Below are positions 1 through 7,361 of a stretch of 23,025 nucleotides of DNA, one piece after another. How positions within the stretch are numbered: position 1 is the first letter of the stretch; the number at the start of each line of letters is the position of its first letter. The DNA lies in the IMG/VR virus record IMGVR_UViG_3300005573_000070, one strand, 5' to 3'. The position numbers were made by a program, and so were the translations under genes. The DNA is from a virus. The notes under the pieces are model-generated. The model was not told the origin of the DNA and did not search any database. It saw nothing but the letters and a program-made list of their open reading frames with translations.

Positions 1-88
1 TAATTGTGGTATTACAAATGGTAAGTATTCATCATATGTGTCTGTGTCAGTTGTATCTCTGTATATGGTGTGGGTCTTTGGTGTGTCA
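1..88. repeat. Direct repeat identical to 10080..10167 (may extend past the left edge)
   Basis: taattgtggtattacaaatggtaag...gggtctttggtgtgtca matches 88/88 by eye at an offset of 10079. Confidence 0.95.
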
Positions 89-1200
89 GTACTCTGGTCG
101 TAGTTTACTGTAATTCCGGTTGTAGTACTGGTAACACGTACTTTGTCAACAGTAAACGGGTCAGTACTGGTATATGTATAAGTAACTGTAGCCGGACCGA
201 TAGAAGTACTGAAAGTAAAGGTTCTACTGTCGATCAGTTCGTTGTCCGGATTGTAGATTGCTATAGTAAGATCCTGATTCTGACCAGACACGTTTACCGC
301 GATCCGTATATAGACTTCTGTGGTTGTAAACGGGGTGTATTCTAATACCAAAGGATCTGTTTCCGAAACTGTTCTAAATTCGCCTTCTCCCAGCAAATCT
401 TTTACAGCATATTTGTAATATTTGAAATTAGTCTCTGTTAAAGATGATATACCATTGGTGTGGTAAACAGTTTGATGTTTTGTTATTTCACCAGCAAGTA
501 ACGTCTCTCCTTTTACGTATGAAATTTGTAACCTACTTCTATCAAGAGTTAAACTGTACTGACCTGACGAGTTTGTTAGGACGAGATCACCTAAAATAAT
601 GTATGAACTACTAACGGTCCAGTTTGGGTTGGTGTCGCTCTCTTCGAAATCTTTCCAAATACCGCCGCTTCCCAGTTGTGATGGTGCCGTAGAACGAACA
701 GTATCTACTTTGTAACCTATCGCATACCCAGCTCGTTCCCTCGTGTACCGTTTTTTGTACGTTTCAGGATCTATAGTGTAAACGTTCTCGTCATAGTCTT
801 TCGCGTATAACAAGAACAACGTAATGTACTGGGTCTGACCAGATGGTACTGTGACAGGTATTTGAATGTTCCTACATCCGGTTGATTTTGGGCATTCTCC
901 GTTTAACAGGTTCTTAGCCGGATTTAGCTCGTTATAGGTAGTGGTATCGTCACTGAGTATTTCAATACGTCTGCCGTTAATGTACGCAACTCCAGCAAGA
1001 ACGTTTACGGTTAATATACCAGTCTGTGAGTTGTACACAGTATCGGAGATTTTGAAATGGTCAACACTAAGAACACCGTCCGAATATAGGTCGGACGACC
1101 TCGCTTTTAACTGTTCCTCAGCCGATTCTCCAATATAATTGAGATCGTCAGATGTTGGTTCTTGTAAGTCATAAAATATTGATTTGTTTTTCGCCGCCAT
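1..1200 (-). CDS. Tail fibre protein, paralogue of 8109..11261; 3' end lies outside the window (400 codons visible; not in the ORF track)
   Basis: Manual translation from the ATG at 1200 gives MAAKNKSIFYDLQEPTSDDLNYIGESAEEQLKARSSDLYSDG...ILSDDTTTYNELNPAKNLLNGECPKSTGC...HTNGISSLTETNFKYYKYAVKDLLGEG...DTPKTHTIYRDTTDTDTYDEYLPFVIPQL with no stop to position 1. It is colinear with the N-terminal ~394 aa of the 1050 aa fibre (MTTKSKSVFYDLQEPVKDDFNYIGD...). A GGAGG lies about 11 nt upstream. Confidence 0.9.
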   Translation of the reverse strand, partial: MAAKNKSIFYDLQEPTSDDLNYIGESAEEQLKARSSDLYSDGVLSVDHFKISDTVYNSQTGILTVNVLAGVAYINGRRIEILSDDTTTYNELNPAKNLLNGECPKSTGCRNIQIPVTVPSGQTQYITLFLLYAKDYDENVYTIDPETYKKRYTRERAGYAIGYKVDTVRSTAPSQLGSGGIWKDFEESDTNPNWTVSSSYIILGDLVLTNSSGQYSLTLDRSRLQISYVKGETLLAGEITKHQTVYHTNGISSLTETNFKYYKYAVKDLLGEGEFRTVSETDPLVLEYTPFTTTEVYIRIAVNVSGQNQDLTIAIYNPDNELIDSRTFTFSTSIGPATVTYTYTSTDPFTVDKVRVTSTTTGITVNYDQSTDTPKTHTIYRDTTDTDTYDEYLPFVIPQL

Positions 1201-1201
1201 T

Positions 1202-2278
1202 TTACCTATCCCCTCCAACTATTACAAGAGCCTGGTTGGAACGGCTCAACAACCCATCCTTCTGTGAAAACAAAAGGATGTTTATGGCTCCGTTTAAATC
1301 TGCATTCGTCCTTCTCCCGCAAGAATTACATACTAGTAAACTTCGTCTTGGTCTTTCTGTATCCAGCGAACCACAGAAATGACACATCTTACTAGTATTT
1401 TTAGGATCCACATATACAACATCTATGCCATTTAGTTTGCATTTGTACTCCAAAAAGTCTTGGAACATCCTGAAAGGGAACACATTATTGATTAGGTAGT
1501 TTACATCTTTCCCTTTACTTGTTCCTTCTTTTCTAGAACTTGACTTTCTGATATTAGTTAAGTTCTCTAATATAATCTGGGAACCTCCCATTTCTATTAG
1601 ATACTTAACTAATTCAGAAGTCAACTTGTGGAAGAAGTCTTTACTATAATTCGCTAATTTCTTTTTTTGTTTATGTTTTCTATACTCCATCTTTTTATGA
1701 ACGTATTGCTTTAGACTATATCTTTTACCATTTGATAGAGTTATATTGTCAGCGTTTATATCCATTCCTAACTTCTGGTTCCCTTTTACATTACCCTGTT
1801 CCGGTACTTCACAAATAAAGTATATTCTCCAGTTGTTGTTTATCTTCTTTATTTCAATCCTTTTTATTTCAGTTACTTCTTTCAATTTATTGATGGTTCT
1901 TAATCCTTCTAATGGATAATTTCTCTTACAAATCCTTATCCAGGCATTGTAATAACCTTCTGTGAACTCCATATCAAAATTATGACGATCGAAGGTCAGT
2001 GGTATGTTCAATCTCTTTACCTTAAACAATTTACCAGCTTTAACCGAACTCAATACCTTGTTTCTTACATCTTCAATCAAGCTTGAGTATAAAAATGGGT
2101 ATTTTGCTTTTATCTTACCATATGTGGCCTTGTGTACTTCAAGTCTTCTGTATTCTCTGGTTGCTTTGATATACCGGAGAATATACCTAGCTATTACCTG
2201 AACATATCTATACTGTTGTTCAAGAAATTCCAACTTCCCTTTATTTCCTTTTAAATTACAATAATATGTTAGTTTCAT
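1202..2278 (-). CDS. tnpB: RNA-guided endonuclease TnpB (IS200/IS605 OrfB, Cas12f-like size), 358 aa
   Basis: RuvC-I LGMDIN, RuvC-II IILENL, YVDPKNTSKMC, zinc ribbon CHFC...CNSC and RuvC-III NADLNGAINI are all present. The D-E-D triad is intact. Confidence 0.93.
   Translation of the reverse strand: MKLTYYCNLKGNKGKLEFLEQQYRYVQVIARYILRYIKATREYRRLEVHKATYGKIKAKYPFLYSSLIEDVRNKVLSSVKAGKLFKVKRLNIPLTFDRHNFDMEFTEGYYNAWIRICKRNYPLEGLRTINKLKEVTEIKRIEIKKINNNWRIYFICEVPEQGNVKGNQKLGMDINADNITLSNGKRYSLKQYVHKKMEYRKHKQKKKLANYSKDFFHKLTSELVKYLIEMGGSQIILENLTNIRKSSSRKEGTSKGKDVNYLINNVFPFRMFQDFLEYKCKLNGIDVVYVDPKNTSKMCHFCGSLDTERPRRSLLVCNSCGRRTNADLNGAINILLFSQKDGLLSRSNQALVIVGGDR
1224..1293 (-). ncRNA. Candidate TnpB omega/reRNA scaffold overlapping the tnpB 3' end
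   Basis: The minus strand folds as a three-way junction: GAGCC(1290-1286)/GGCTC(1232-1228) closes CATCCTTTTGT-TTTC-ACAGAAGGATG (1280-1255, 11 bp) and GGTTG/CAACC (1254-1250/1238-1234). One pair is a U-G wobble only on the minus strand. The position matches where TnpB reRNAs are known to lie. Confidence 0.5.
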
Positions 2279-2312
2279 TTTCGTGTTTAATACTAGAACA
2301 TGTGTAATTACC

Positions 2313-2332
2313 CTTACCTCCCACGAGGTAAG
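2313..2332. other. Perfect hairpin; candidate IS left-end subterminal palindrome
   Basis: CTTACCTC-CCAC-GAGGTAAG forms an 8-bp stem with a 4-nt loop in the 63-bp gap between the GT9 stop and the tnpB start. No U-tract follows it on the minus strand. Confidence 0.55.
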
Positions 2333-2341
2333 ACCAGAATT

Positions 2342-3220
2342 TTAACCTTGGATGACCTCTCTTAGCTTCTCAAAAACGATTTCCGCACCTATTTTCATAC
2401 AATCGTAGTCATAATTACATTCGGGTACCTTTCCCAAATGCGATGCGAAATCTGATATATGACATGGTCTCTCTGGACAGATACATTTATCCTTTGCCAA
2501 ATTTATGTTGTGTTTGTATCCGAGACGTTCCGAGGATGTACCCCCAAATAAGACAACGCCTTTTTTATCAAAAGCGGCCGACAAATGGTTCAAGAAACTG
2601 TCTATAACTACGAAACTTTCACAATACTTCATCAATGGAAAGACTTGTCTCCGATTTAAATGGCTCATTTTTATAACGTTTCTTAGTACTGGTTGTTGCG
2701 GTAACAGTACTTGTATAATCTTTATGTCCAGGAATTCTTTGACAAAAAGGTCTGCGAACTTCTGCGCTTCGTCAACTGGCCAGTCTCGGTTAAGATTTGG
2801 ACCATTACCGGGCCCGCCAGATATTTGTAACAATATATATTTACCGACCTCACGCCTGTATCGCAAAATCTCGTCTTCTTCTTGTGGAGTTAGAAAGATC
2901 AATGGTTTCATTTCCTGGTCATATTCAATGTCTAGAACTTTACAAAACGCTTCTATGAGATGTTTTTTCTGAAATCGGTACTCATAAGTCAAATATGGTT
3001 CGATCCGTTTAACAGGAGTACTTTTCAAATAGTCATCATACAAATATGGGTGTTGAAAATGAAAATTTCTGTAAACAAACTTGTTATAAAAGAACACTTC
3101 TGGATAACCACTTACAATTGCGATCTTACCATATTTTTCGTTCAGTTTCTTGGCCAAGGCTGATAAAGCTATCTGTTTACCAAGACCACCATCTGAAATT
3201 ATAGCCAAATCAAGGTTCAC
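2342..3220 (-). CDS. Glycosyltransferase family 9-like (heptosyltransferase-like, GT-B fold), 292 aa
   Basis: N-terminal GGLGKQI loop, YILLQISGG, WP motif, VIDSFLNHLSAAFDKKGVVLFGGT (the GT9 DS...H.AAA....V.LFG.T motif) and a C-terminal Cys cluster ending CMKI. GTG start with AAGGAG upstream. Confidence 0.85.
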   Translation of the reverse strand: MNLDLAIISDGGLGKQIALSALAKKLNEKYGKIAIVSGYPEVFFYNKFVYRNFHFQHPYLYDDYLKSTPVKRIEPYLTYEYRFQKKHLIEAFCKVLDIEYDQEMKPLIFLTPQEEDEILRYRREVGKYILLQISGGPGNGPNLNRDWPVDEAQKFADLFVKEFLDIKIIQVLLPQQPVLRNVIKMSHLNRRQVFPLMKYCESFVVIDSFLNHLSAAFDKKGVVLFGGTSSERLGYKHNINLAKDKCICPERPCHISDFASHLGKVPECNYDYDCMKIGAEIVFEKLREVIQG

Positions 3221-3252
3221 GTTTCAAACTCCTTTTCTAGATTCAAACAAAA

Positions 3253-6200
3253 CTAACCGGCGTAATAGAACACAGCTACCATGGTCCACTTAAAACCTTT
3301 TTCAGGATCTACTTGTATTGTTGACCAGTCAATATTTTCTGCTGCTTTGCCAAGTGTGTAGTTGTGAACGATGTCATCCCCTTGCTTCATCGCAAAACCA
3401 GGAACATCAGAAGTTGTTAACAAATCACCGATTTCGATATTACCCAGCTCATTTTCTTTGACTTTTACTAAACCTTCACCAAGTGAGTTTACAGTTGCCC
3501 AGTTAAATTTTTGTGTTGTATATCCTTCTTTATAAACCCAGTGGTCACAATTTTCACAACCTAGATAAACATTGTATACGCCCATGACTCGTTTGTCGCA
3601 AGGGATTGTAGTTTGAGATATTTCAGGAACAATTGACGAAACGCCGTCACATCTCTTAAAGCGTACCTCTTTCACTACAACAACATCACCTGGCTGAAAC
3701 TCACCTTGAGAGTATATTGTGTCGTGAGCGCCTGTAAAAGGTCCGTAGTTTGTTCCTGGACCTGCTGCATAGAAGTCGTACGCACAATTCCCACCCCAAC
3801 CAACAACACCACAACTATTAGCAGCACAGCTAACACCAACAACACCACAACTACTAACCTCAAAGACAACACCAACAACACCACAACTGCTAGCAGTATA
3901 GCTAACACCAACAACACCACGACTACCAGCATTATAGCCAACACCAGCAACACCTTGAGGATCACCTACACCATAAACACCGGTGCCAGAAGAAGATTCG
4001 CCCCATACGCCCCAACCATAACAAGTGGTACTCACAATACCATAACTGCTAGCACTAGTATTGACATTAGTAACACATACAGCGGCTGTACCGCCTGACA
4101 CAACATGCAAAGGATAGCTTGGCGTTGTCGTCCCGATGCCGACATTGCCTGTACTTGTAATGAAAACTCTATCTGTATTATTCGTTCTTAAACTCAAAGT
4201 ATAATTGTCTAGTGTTCCAATAAAGGCATTTGCTCCTGCTTGAAGACCAATATTTCCTGTAACTGTTAGTTTTTGAGAAGGTGTCGTCGTCCCGATGCCC
4301 AGCCTTTTATTCGTATTATCCCAGAATAAGTTAGCATTATCTTGAGATATCAGACCATTTGAACCGGCAAACAAGATAGAACCTGAAGTTAAGGATGTTG
4401 ATATCAAATTTGTCCCTTTTATATTACCATTAACTTCCAGTCTTTCACTTGGCGTTGATGTAATACCAATACCAACATTACCACCATTAGGTTGCAAAAG
4501 GAGACTATATGGTGTTGCAGTACCATCAATACGTTGAACCTGTTGAAAAACATTACCACTACTGAGAACTCCCATAAGAAATCCATAGTTACCTGGATCG
4601 TTACTCACTTTCTTTAAAAGAGCAAAACTTCCACCGTTACTTCCTAAGGCAGGTACCGTATCATCTGAAGTAATTGTAATGCCGAACTTATTCCCTGGCA
4701 AGCTTGTACCAATACCAACATTGCCAAGTATCCAAGAATTACCAGAAGCAGATATTTTATTAACGTAGGCAGTAGTGGCAGTTGGAGGTGTTCCAGAGGT
4801 AAAGGTTAAGGAACCATTATCGGCTATCGAAGTCGAAGTCGTTTCATAATATGAATTTTCTCCGTTAGAACTGGTTCCTCTCCATACTCTGTATTTTACT
4901 GCTCCAGTAACTGCTGACCAAGACACATTTATTGTTCCAGCAGTTGTTCCTCCATTCACTGTTGCTGATACTTCACTTGATAATATTGTCCAACCTATAC
5001 CATCTGATGCTGATATCTTGTAATAATATGTTCCATTTAACGTTCCACCTGATGAAGTTGAAGCTGTAACTCCTGTTGGAACTGACATTTCTACAGCAAA
5101 GTTAGAACCTTGCGACAGAACCAGTTTCTCTTGTGGATATGTTATAATACCAATACCAACATGATCGCTTGCGGTAGTCAGGTATACTCTTCCTGTATCG
5201 GCGGTCCATCCTGCAGCAGAAGTAGGTTGAGCATCTAAAGTTAACCAGACAGTACCATTATATCCTAGGAAATTAGATCCGTTCCATTTGATAGTACCAG
5301 CAATTGGCGGCGAACTGTCATCACCAATTTGTAACTTACCGTTGACCGTCAATTTCTGCGAAGGTGTTGCTGTACCAATACCAACATTACCAGAAACATC
5401 AATAGTTATACCATTATTTGTACCAGTAGTTAAATATAATGGTCTTAAAGTACCAGTACCAGATGTTGTTGTTAATATCTGGAATCTGTTGTTGTTTGTA
5501 TCATATCCTATATTTAATCTTTCATAATTTGTACCACCAATCTGGTCTATGTTTAAACTACCACCACCTAAATATAACGATTTCCATCTGTAGCTTGTTG
5601 ATCCTAAATCATATGTGTTGTCTATATTTGGACCAGTATTGCCATCTATTTGTAACTTGAAATTGGTTGGATTCGTACCAATACCGACGTTACCCATTAT
5701 ATATGAATTTCCAGTCCCAGCTACTTGTAAAACATCAGCAGTATAAATTGTTCCGCCTTTACTAACCGCAAATTTATTAGCAGTATTAGCAGCATTTCTA
5801 ATTTGTATGCCGTCATAAGATGGATTATTATCAGTTGCAGGAACCCATCTTATGAAATTATAGTCGCCAGTGTAATGAAGTGCATAATACGGGTTTGTTT
5901 GTCCTGTGATCAAAATAGAATCTGTTATATGTAATTTAGCTTGCGGTATTGTCGTCCCGATACCCAATCTTTTATTTGTATTGTCCCAAAACAGGTTAGC
6001 ATTGTCTTGAGATATCAGACCATTTGAACCAGAAAACAGGATAGAACCTGAAGTTAAAGATGCTGATATCAAATTTGTTCCTTTTATATCACCATTAACT
6101 TCTAGTTTATATCCTGGACTAGTTGTACCAATACCAACATTACCAGAAGTATCAACAACAATCTTGTGCAACTGTCTCAAATCAACAACACTAGTAATAG

Positions 6201-7209
6201 CAGTTGCAGAAGTAATTACTTTTGCTAACCTAATTGAATCTGGTGCTACAGGCGGAGCATCTGCCCCATTATCAACTTCGGTAAAGATATAAGTTCCATC
6301 TCCTTTTAAGTCAACATAGGTATCTTTTAATGCAGTGTATGTATGAGAAGTTGTACCTTTTACAATTCTCCTGCCCATTACATAGGCAACACCGGCTGAT
6401 ATATCTGAAGTCAAAGTTGAAGAAGTAGCAGGTAGTAGTCCAGAAATAACTGTATCAGAGAAAAAATCGCTGGTATGAAGTAGCATCGTTTGGGTGTCAC
6501 TTCCATAACTTTGAGATATAGGTCCGTTAATAGTTATCCCTGCAAAGGCAGGAGATGTTACAGTATAAACACTGAGCTGTTCTGACCCATCAGCTCCAGT
6601 TTGTTTTGTTATTGTGATATTATCGCCTGCGATGATCTTGTTCTGTAAGTAATCGGCCATGGTATCAGTTGAAGATACTTCGACCTTACCACCAGGAACT
6701 AAGAATATCTCACTAAATGCTATACCGTCCCTTTTCGAAAGGTCAACGTTCTCTGATGTTAACGTAAAAGTTCTAGAAGAGTTCGCCTGACCTTCTAGTA
6801 CAGGTATTATTATATTACCTGTAAATTCCGGGTTTTCATCAAGATCAGTTGCCCTCGACAATTTGAATGGTCTGTTACTACTACCAACATCATCCAGAAC
6901 GTATATACCATTCTGACTTGTATCAGTCTGGTCCTTTATAAGGACACGATCATTGGGAGTAACAGTGACTCCGTCTATTGTAGGGAATGGTCCATTGGAA
7001 GTACCTTCAAGGACCCACTTGTTGTTGTTCGTGTCATAGTAATAGTTAGCACTAATGTTTGTAGTAGTAGCACATTTGACAGCTTGCTTTACAACCCATA
7101 GCCTAGAAGGTAAGCTCTTTTCAAGATTGTTAATTGCCTCAATTAATGGTACGTGGTCAACTAAGTAATGATATGTAACAAGACCTTTTTTAACTTCGAC
7201 CGGCGCCAT
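3253..7209 (-). CDS. Long modular tail fibre/adhesin, 1318 aa, with a probable C-terminal autocleaving chaperone-type domain
   Basis: N-terminal phage fibre domain (VKCATTTNI...TIDGVTVTPNDRVLIKDQTDTSQNGIYV...RATDLD); nine GNVGIG/LGIGT/HVGIG joints; an FN3-like segment (YYYKISA...VSWSAVTGAVKYRVWR); 12-aa GVVGV repeats; C-terminus FTGAH...VNSLGEGLVKV...IEIGDLLTTSDVPGFAMKQ...TLGKA resembling peptidase-G2/IMC-type domains. GGAGG upstream. Confidence 0.85.
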   Translation of the reverse strand: MAPVEVKKGLVTYHYLVDHVPLIEAINNLEKSLPSRLWVVKQAVKCATTTNISANYYYDTNNNKWVLEGTSNGPFPTIDGVTVTPNDRVLIKDQTDTSQNGIYVLDDVGSSNRPFKLSRATDLDENPEFTGNIIIPVLEGQANSSRTFTLTSENVDLSKRDGIAFSEIFLVPGGKVEVSSTDTMADYLQNKIIAGDNITITKQTGADGSEQLSVYTVTSPAFAGITINGPISQSYGSDTQTMLLHTSDFFSDTVISGLLPATSSTLTSDISAGVAYVMGRRIVKGTTSHTYTALKDTYVDLKGDGTYIFTEVDNGADAPPVAPDSIRLAKVITSATAITSVVDLRQLHKIVVDTSGNVGIGTTSPGYKLEVNGDIKGTNLISASLTSGSILFSGSNGLISQDNANLFWDNTNKRLGIGTTIPQAKLHITDSILITGQTNPYYALHYTGDYNFIRWVPATDNNPSYDGIQIRNAANTANKFAVSKGGTIYTADVLQVAGTGNSYIMGNVGIGTNPTNFKLQIDGNTGPNIDNTYDLGSTSYRWKSLYLGGGSLNIDQIGGTNYERLNIGYDTNNNRFQILTTTSGTGTLRPLYLTTGTNNGITIDVSGNVGIGTATPSQKLTVNGKLQIGDDSSPPIAGTIKWNGSNFLGYNGTVWLTLDAQPTSAAGWTADTGRVYLTTASDHVGIGIITYPQEKLVLSQGSNFAVEMSVPTGVTASTSSGGTLNGTYYYKISASDGIGWTILSSEVSATVNGGTTAGTINVSWSAVTGAVKYRVWRGTSSNGENSYYETTSTSIADNGSLTFTSGTPPTATTAYVNKISASGNSWILGNVGIGTSLPGNKFGITITSDDTVPALGSNGGSFALLKKVSNDPGNYGFLMGVLSSGNVFQQVQRIDGTATPYSLLLQPNGGNVGIGITSTPSERLEVNGNIKGTNLISTSLTSGSILFAGSNGLISQDNANLFWDNTNKRLGIGTTTPSQKLTVTGNIGLQAGANAFIGTLDNYTLSLRTNNTDRVFITSTGNVGIGTTTPSYPLHVVSGGTAAVCVTNVNTSASSYGIVSTTCYGWGVWGESSSGTGVYGVGDPQGVAGVGYNAGSRGVVGVSYTASSCGVVGVVFEVSSCGVVGVSCAANSCGVVGWGGNCAYDFYAAGPGTNYGPFTGAHDTIYSQGEFQPGDVVVVKEVRFKRCDGVSSIVPEISQTTIPCDKRVMGVYNVYLGCENCDHWVYKEGYTTQKFNWATVNSLGEGLVKVKENELGNIEIGDLLTTSDVPGFAMKQGDDIVHNYTLGKAAENIDWSTIQVDPEKGFKWTMVAVFYYAG
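3796..3954. repeat. In-frame 36-bp tandem repeat, about 4.5 units (S[CR]GVVGV plus 5 variable residues)
   Basis: The core aacaccaacaacaccacaact starts at 3832, 3868 and 3904 (1 mismatch), with partial copies at 3796 and 3940. The 15-nt segments between cores differ. Confidence 0.9.
4286..4437. repeat. Internal duplicated module A', matching 5951..6102
   Basis: 152 bp with about 16 mismatches counted by eye (~90%). Encodes EVNG[ND]IKGTNLIS.SLTSGSILF.GSNGLISQDNANLFWDNTNKRLGIGTT. Confidence 0.92.
5361..5694. repeat. Module C, shared with 8843..9176 in the other fibre gene
   Basis: 334 bp, ungapped, with about 17 mismatches counted by eye (~95%). Both ends coincide with GNVGIGT joints. Confidence 0.95.
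5951..6102. repeat. Internal duplicated module A, matching 4286..4437
   Basis: Ungapped alignment at an offset of 1665. Confidence 0.92.
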
Positions 7210-7232
7210 TTTTGTTTATCCTCCAAGTTTGC

Positions 7233-7303
7233 GGTCTGGTCCGATAACGGACCTTCTCAGGAACTAAGCCTGAGATAAGGCTAGACCCCAGTCCATAATA
7301 TAT
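7233..7303. repeat. 71-bp structured intergenic direct repeat, copy 1
   Basis: ggtctggtccgataacggaccttctcaggaactaagcctgagataaggctagaccccagtccataatatat; 69/71 identical to 7362..7432; contains two perfect hairpins. Confidence 0.95.
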
Positions 7304-7309
7304 CCTGTA

Positions 7310-7339
7310 TAACTACAAACGGTATTCTCTGGATGTCAA
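7310..7339 (-). promoter_or_regulatory. Possible sigma70-type promoter in the spacer between the 71-bp repeats
   Basis: Perfect TTGACA at 7339..7334. The -10 region is poor (TAGTTA at 18-bp spacing). The implied start near 7304 coincides with the edge of repeat copy 1. Confidence 0.3.
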
Positions 7340-7361
7340 GGTTTAAAGTGATCTGGTCCGT

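Larger units (their letters stand above)
1199..2344 (-). mobile_element. Non-autonomous IS200/IS605-family (IS1341-like, tnpB-only) element; ends approximate
   Basis: AT-rich tnpB lies between two phage genes, with a perfect hairpin upstream (2313..2332) and a structured 3' end (1224..1293). No tnpA is present in the window. The hexamer ATTTTA occurs at both 1199..1204 and 2339..2344. Confidence 0.6.

Noticed and set aside
3796-3954. CRISPR array
   Set aside because: The 21-bp core plus 15-bp segments are too short, the segments resemble each other, and the period is an in-frame multiple of three inside a gene.
3675-4098. ORFs 3675..3965 (-, poly-Val/Leu, membrane-like) and 3706..4098 (+, Thr/Asn-rich)
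   Set aside because: These are alternative-frame and antisense read-outs of the GGT/GTT-rich tandem repeat within the 1318 aa fibre gene.
7233-7303. Hammerhead ribozyme or tRNA
   Set aside because: No CUGANGA/GAAA core on either strand, and no tRNA D-loop or T-loop consensus.
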